A stretch of DNA of 64,000 nucleotides, taken from positions 160,001-224,000 of the forward strand of contig CAVPPB010000003.1 in NCBI GenBank assembly GCA_963707215.1, read 5' to 3'. This DNA is from an uncultured Chloroflexia bacterium. Its GTDB lineage: Bacteria; Chloroflexota; Limnocylindria; Limnocylindrales; CSP1-4. The notes under the pieces were generated by a model that was given only the letters and a program-made list of their open reading frames with translations, was not told the origin of the DNA and did not search any database. This document shows, piece by piece, positions 59,772 through 64,000 of this stretch; the first letter of the stretch is position 1, and each line of letters opens with the position of its first letter. The translations under genes were made by a program, and so were the position numbers.

Positions 59772-60814
59772 GTCGTTCCCGACGACCCGGACGACCGGCG
59801 CGTGGCGCCGGCAGGCTGCCCTCCCACCCTGTCACGGTCCTGGTCACCGCCGGTCGCACCGGTCGTCGCCCGCGGATGCGCCGCGCGGTAGGCCGAACGA
59901 AGCCGGGCCGGCGAGACATGGGTGTAGACCTGGGTAGTGCCAAGACTGGCGTGTCCGAGCAGCTCCTGGACGACCCGCAGGTCGGCTCCCCCGTCGAGGA
60001 GATGGGTCGCGAACGAGTGGCGAAGGGTGTGCGGCGACACGCCGGGCGGCAGGCCTGCTCGCCGGCGTAGTCGATCGAGTCGCCCCCGGAGGCCGCGCAC
60101 GCCCAGCGGCCCGCCGCGGTGGTTCAGGAAGACGGCCGAAGGCTCCGGTCCCGGCGACGTGCGGCGGGCCAGCAGCAGCTGGCGGCCGCCGCCCAGGTAC
60201 TCGGCGAGCGCCTCTCGGGCAGGTCGGCCCAGGAGCCCGATCCGCTCCTTGCGGCCCTTGCCGAGCACCCGGATCTCACCCCGTCGCAGGTCGAGGCTTC
60301 GGGTGTCGGCGGCGGCCAGCTCGCTGATCCGCAACCCGGCAGCGTAAGCGGTCTCGACGATCGCGCGGTCGCGTTCGGCGAGTGCGAGCGCCAGCGTCGC
60401 CCGCGGGCCCTCACCGATCGCGGCCAGGTCCTCGTCGACGACCGCCAGCAGGGCCTCGATCTGGCCGAGCTCCAGGACCCGGGGCAGGCGACGTGGCTGG
60501 CGGGGCGTGGCGATGAGGCCCCACGGATCGCCCGGAGCGAGATCGTTCCGGGCCGCCCAGCGGTGGAACGAGCGGATGGCGGCCAGCCGTTGGGCCACCG
60601 AGGTCCGGGCGTGGTCGGCGGCGAGGCGGGCGAGGTACGCCCGGAGAACGGTCCGCGACGGCGAGCGCCAGTCCTGGCCCGACTCGTCGAGCCAGGCCAG
60701 GTAGGCGCCGACGGCGGTCCGGTACGAGCGCTGGGTGTGGATCGACGCGTCGCGGGCGGCGAGGCTGGCGAGGAAACGATCGAGGACGGCTGGCGTGGGA
60801 GGGTCGGAGCTCAC
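59768..60814 (-). CDS. xerC: Tyrosine recombinase XerC
   Basis: [45 protein letters not shown]; follows topA. Confidence 0.88.
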   Translation of the reverse strand: MSSDPPTPAVLDRFLASLAARDASIHTQRSYRTAVGAYLAWLDESGQDWRSPSRTVLRAYLARLAADHARTSVAQRLAAIRSFHRWAARNDLAPGDPWGLIATPRQPRRLPRVLELGQIEALLAVVDEDLAAIGEGPRATLALALAERDRAIVETAYAAGLRISELAAADTRSLDLRRGEIRVLGKGRKERIGLLGRPAREALAEYLGGGRQLLLARRTSPGPEPSAVFLNHRGGPLGVRGLRGRLDRLRRRAGLPPGVSPHTLRHSFATHLLDGGADLRVVQELLGHASLGTTQVYTHVSPARLRSAYRAAHPRATTGATGGDQDRDRVGGQPAGATRRSSGSSGTT

Positions 60815-63318
60815 GCGTCGCCGGCCGGCGTCAGACCGTTGCCGCCAGGGTCGCGTCGCGTCCCACGACCGCTCCGACCGCCGCTGCCCTTGCCGGCCGA
60901 GCCACGGCCGCCGGAGGCCCGGCTGCCGGTCCGTCGCTGACCGCCGCCGCCGCGACGCGGACGCGCGAGCGCCTCCGGGTCCGGCGGGCCGCCGGCGAGG
61001 CGAAGACCGATCAAGGACGCCTCGCCCGTCGGCAGCTCGACCAGGGCGCCGCAGGCCAGGCAGCGGGCCTCGAGCTCGCCCGATCGGGCGACCGGTCCAT
61101 CATCGGCGTCGTGGACCGCCCCGAGCGGCTCCATCGACGTCGTGAAGTCGCACTTCGGATAACGCGCGCAGCCCCAGAAGACGTTCCCGGACCGGCGGGC
61201 CCGGCGGGCGACGAGGTGCCCGGTCTTGCAGGTCGGACAGACGACCTCGAAGGGCAACTGATCCGGCGGAGGCGGGCCCTCCTTCTTGATATAGGTGCAG
61301 GCCGGGTAGCGGTCGCAGCCGACGAAGGGCCCGAAGCGACCGCGCTTGGCGACGAGGTGACCTCCGTCCGCTTCGCCACAGGTGGGACAGCTCTCGCCGA
61401 CGCCCGGCAGCGAGGGGGTGGACCCATCGCCCGCCGTGCCCTCGCCACCCGCCTCCTCCGATCCGGGCAGGGGGCGCGTCTCCTGGTGCTCCGGGTACAG
61501 CGAGCAGGCCAGGAACTCCCCGTACCGGCCCAGGCGGACGACCATGGGATGGCCTTCCGAGCAGACCTCTTCGGAGGGCCGGGTCGTGAACTCGGCTCGC
61601 GTCAGCTCCTTCGACTTGGTGTCGACCAGCGACCGGAGCGGTTCGTAGAAGCCACGGACCAGCGGGACCCATGGCCGGCGACCGGTGGCGACCTCGTCGA
61701 GGTCCTGCTCCATCCGGGCCGTGAAATCGAGGTCGACGAAGTCACCGAAGTGGCCGACCAACAGGTCGGTCACGACCTCGCCGACCGGCTCCGGCCGGAG
61801 GCGGCGGTCCTGGACCTTCACGTAGCCACGGTCGACGATCGTCGAGATGGTCGCGGCGTAGGTCGACGGCCTGCCGATGCCCTTCTCCTCGAGGGCCTTG
61901 ATCAGGGTCGCCTCGGTGAACCGGGGTGGCGGCTCGGTGAAGTGCTGCTCGGGCAGGACCTCCAGGACGTCGACCAGGTCGCCCTCGCGCAGCTCCGGCA
62001 GTCGGCCCTCGGGCTCTTCGTCATCGGCGTCGTCCCGGCCCTCCGTGTAGACGCGGGAGAAGCCGTCGAAGACCGTCTTCGTCGCGGTGGCCCGCAGCTC
62101 GTAGTCTCCGGCCGCGAGGGTCGCCGACGCCGTCTCGAGCTGCTTCGCCGCCATCTGGCTGGCCACGGCCCGCTGCCAGATGAGGCGGTAGAGCCGGCCT
62201 TCGTCGCGGCCGAGGTGGTCCTCGAGGGCGAGGTGGTCGCGTTCGAACGACGTGGGCCGGACCGCCTCGTGGGCCTCCTGCACGTTGCGTGCCCGGGTCC
62301 GGTAGACGCGGCCGCCGTCCGGCGCGTACTCGGGCCCGAAGCGCGCCCGGATGACCGCCCCTGCCTCGGCCATCGCCTGGCGCGACATAGCCACCGAGTC
62401 CGTCCGCATGTAGGTGATGAGCCCGACCTGTCCCTCGCCGGGCAGGTCGATGCCCTCGTAGAGACGCTGGGCGACGCTCATCGTCCGCTTCGGGCTGAAG
62501 CCGAGCTTGCGGCTGGCCTCCTGCTGGAGAGTGGACGTGGTGAACGGCGGAGCCGGGTTCCGCGACGTCCGCTTCGAGCCGACCGAGGTGACCTCGGGCC
62601 GGCTGGACCGGATCGCCTCGGTGTGGCGCTCGGCCGTCGCCTGGTCACCGATGTCCGGCTTGTGGCCGCCGATCCGGACGACCTCGGCCGTGAAGGGGCT
62701 CCCGTCGGGGGCGACGAGGGTCGCCCCGAGGGTCCAGTACTCGCGGGCGACGAAGGCGCGGATCTCGCGCTCCCGGTCCACGACAAGCCGGGCGGCGACC
62801 GACTGGACCCGGCCGGCCGACAGGCCCGAGCGGACCTTTCGCCAGAGGAGCGGGCTGAGGATGTAGCCGACGAGCCGATCCACGACCCGGCGCGCCTGCT
62901 GCGCATCGACGAGGTCGAGGTTGATGGAGCGAGGGTGGTCGAAAGCCTCGCGGATGGCACCCTCGGTGATCTCATTGAAGGTGACCCGCCGGGCCTTCTC
63001 GGGAGGCAGGTCGATGGCCTGGGCCACGTGCCAGGCGATCGCCTCGCCCTCGCGGTCGAGGTCAGTGGCCAGCCAGACAGCGTCGGCCCGCTTGGCCGCC
63101 CTCTCGATCGCCCCGAGCTGGCGGCGGCGATCCTCGACGATCACGTACTGGGGGGCGAAGTCGTGATCGACGTCGACTCCGTACTCGCCCTTGCCGGGGT
63201 TCTCCGGCAGATCGCGGACGTGACCGTACGACGCGAGCACGGTGTAGCCCGGCCCGAGGTAGCGCTCGATGGTCTTGGCCTTCGCCGGCGATTCGACGAT
63301 GACGAGATTGGTCCCCAT
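60811..63318 (-). CDS. topA: DNA topoisomerase I with C-terminal zinc ribbons
   Basis: [44 protein letters not shown]. Confidence 0.98.
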   Translation of the reverse strand: MGTNLVIVESPAKAKTIERYLGPGYTVLASYGHVRDLPENPGKGEYGVDVDHDFAPQYVIVEDRRRQLGAIERAAKRADAVWLATDLDREGEAIAWHVAQAIDLPPEKARRVTFNEITEGAIREAFDHPRSINLDLVDAQQARRVVDRLVGYILSPLLWRKVRSGLSAGRVQSVAARLVVDREREIRAFVAREYWTLGATLVAPDGSPFTAEVVRIGGHKPDIGDQATAERHTEAIRSSRPEVTSVGSKRTSRNPAPPFTTSTLQQEASRKLGFSPKRTMSVAQRLYEGIDLPGEGQVGLITYMRTDSVAMSRQAMAEAGAVIRARFGPEYAPDGGRVYRTRARNVQEAHEAVRPTSFERDHLALEDHLGRDEGRLYRLIWQRAVASQMAAKQLETASATLAAGDYELRATATKTVFDGFSRVYTEGRDDADDEEPEGRLPELREGDLVDVLEVLPEQHFTEPPPRFTEATLIKALEEKGIGRPSTYAATISTIVDRGYVKVQDRRLRPEPVGEVVTDLLVGHFGDFVDLDFTARMEQDLDEVATGRRPWVPLVRGFYEPLRSLVDTKSKELTRAEFTTRPSEEVCSEGHPMVVRLGRYGEFLACSLYPEHQETRPLPGSEEAGGEGTAGDGSTPSLPGVGESCPTCGEADGGHLVAKRGRFGPFVGCDRYPACTYIKKEGPPPPDQLPFEVVCPTCKTGHLVARRARRSGNVFWGCARYPKCDFTTSMEPLGAVHDADDGPVARSGELEARCLACGALVELPTGEASLIGLRLAGGPPDPEALARPRRGGGGQRRTGSRASGGRGSAGKGSGGRSGRGTRRDPGGNGLTPAGDA

Positions 63319-63435
63319 GTCGGCGCGGAGTCTAGCACCGGCCCCAAGCCCGGCCGCTCGGACGGAGCGCCGGCATCGTCCTGCCGAGGCCGTTCTCCCC
63401 TCCCCGATGACCCTTCCCGGCCGCGACGGCGGTCG

Positions 63436-63747
63436 TCAGACCTCGCGGATCCGGCGAAGGAACTCCTCGTCGAGGTCGAGGTCGTCCTCCGCTTCCTCGG
63501 CCGCCGGTGCGATCGTGGCGTTCTCGGGGGGACCACCGGCGGCTGACTTCGGGATCTCGAGGAAGCGGATGAACCGATAGGGGAAGAAGAAGGTCGCTGC
63601 CGAGTCGTCGATGAAGACCGGTCGCGTCCCGCTCAGGGTCCGCAGGTTCGTGAGCAGAAGGCCCTGATCCCCGGGCTCGGGCATCCGCAAGAGGTCCGCG
63701 ACGAGCGGCTGTTCGTTGGCGATGTGGATGACGGTGTTCCGGATCAT
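63436..63747 (-). CDS. Conserved hypothetical protein
   Basis: MIRNTVIHIANEQPL...FLRRIREV; GAGGAG RBS upstream. Confidence 0.7.
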   Translation of the reverse strand: MIRNTVIHIANEQPLVADLLRMPEPGDQGLLLTNLRTLSGTRPVFIDDSAATFFFPYRFIRFLEIPKSAAGGPPENATIAPAAEEAEDDLDLDEEFLRRIREV

Positions 63748-63867
63748 CGGACGGTCGGCTCCTCGGGCGTGGCGCGGTCGTTGACCGCCCCGATCCGCGC
63801 CGGCCGTCCATCGACCGGGCGCACAGTGCCGCGAGGCTAGCACCGCGCCGGGGGGCGGACAACGGGA

Positions 63868-64000
63868 TCATGCGGCCACTCCGGGCCTGGGACCCGGCTT
63901 CTTCCTGGTCGGGTCGACCGACCGCGAGGCCAGGAGGCCGGCGGCGCGGTAGCGACCGATCCCCTGGATCACCAGGCCGGCCATCTCGAGGCGAGCAAGG
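63868..64000 (-). CDS. dprA: DNA processing protein DprA, C-terminal fragment
   Basis: LARLEMAGLV..GIGRY winged-helix-like end; dprA-topA-xerC synteny. Confidence 0.6.
   Translation of the reverse strand, partial: LARLEMAGLVIQGIGRYRAAGLLASRSVDPTRKKPGPRPGVAA

Overview
Very GC-rich bacterial chromosomal window. Gene content and protein style suggest Chloroflexota, possibly Limnocylindria-like (inference only). Most of it is a dense, mainly minus-strand housekeeping backbone: dprA(partial)-topA-xerC-murJ-2x femABX-murE, relA, hisS-aspS, typA, iscS-mnmA, alaS-ftsA-like-baseplateJ-like-ruvX-mltG, pepP, efp-xseAB-dxs-tlyA-nadK-recN-xerD, and scpAB-rluB-cmk-plsC-ispH-der. Several conserved genes carry single-base frameshifts that look like assembly errors. 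Two accessory blocks stand out. (1) A corrinoid/folate methyl-transfer cluster (RACo, MetF-MetV fusion, pterin-binding methyltransferase, DUF1638) at 45.1-50.2 kb. (2) A ~6.3 kb element (20239-26519) inserted into the last codons of mltG. It is bounded by a 12-bp core duplication, and its joined ends form a symmetric attP-like site. It encodes no recognisable recombinase. It is built as an array of mostly single-gene units separated by a co-oriented ~32-bp repeat (5 near-perfect plus 3 degenerate copies), some of which extend into bulged hairpins. This integron-like but non-canonical cassette array is the best candidate for an undescribed system.
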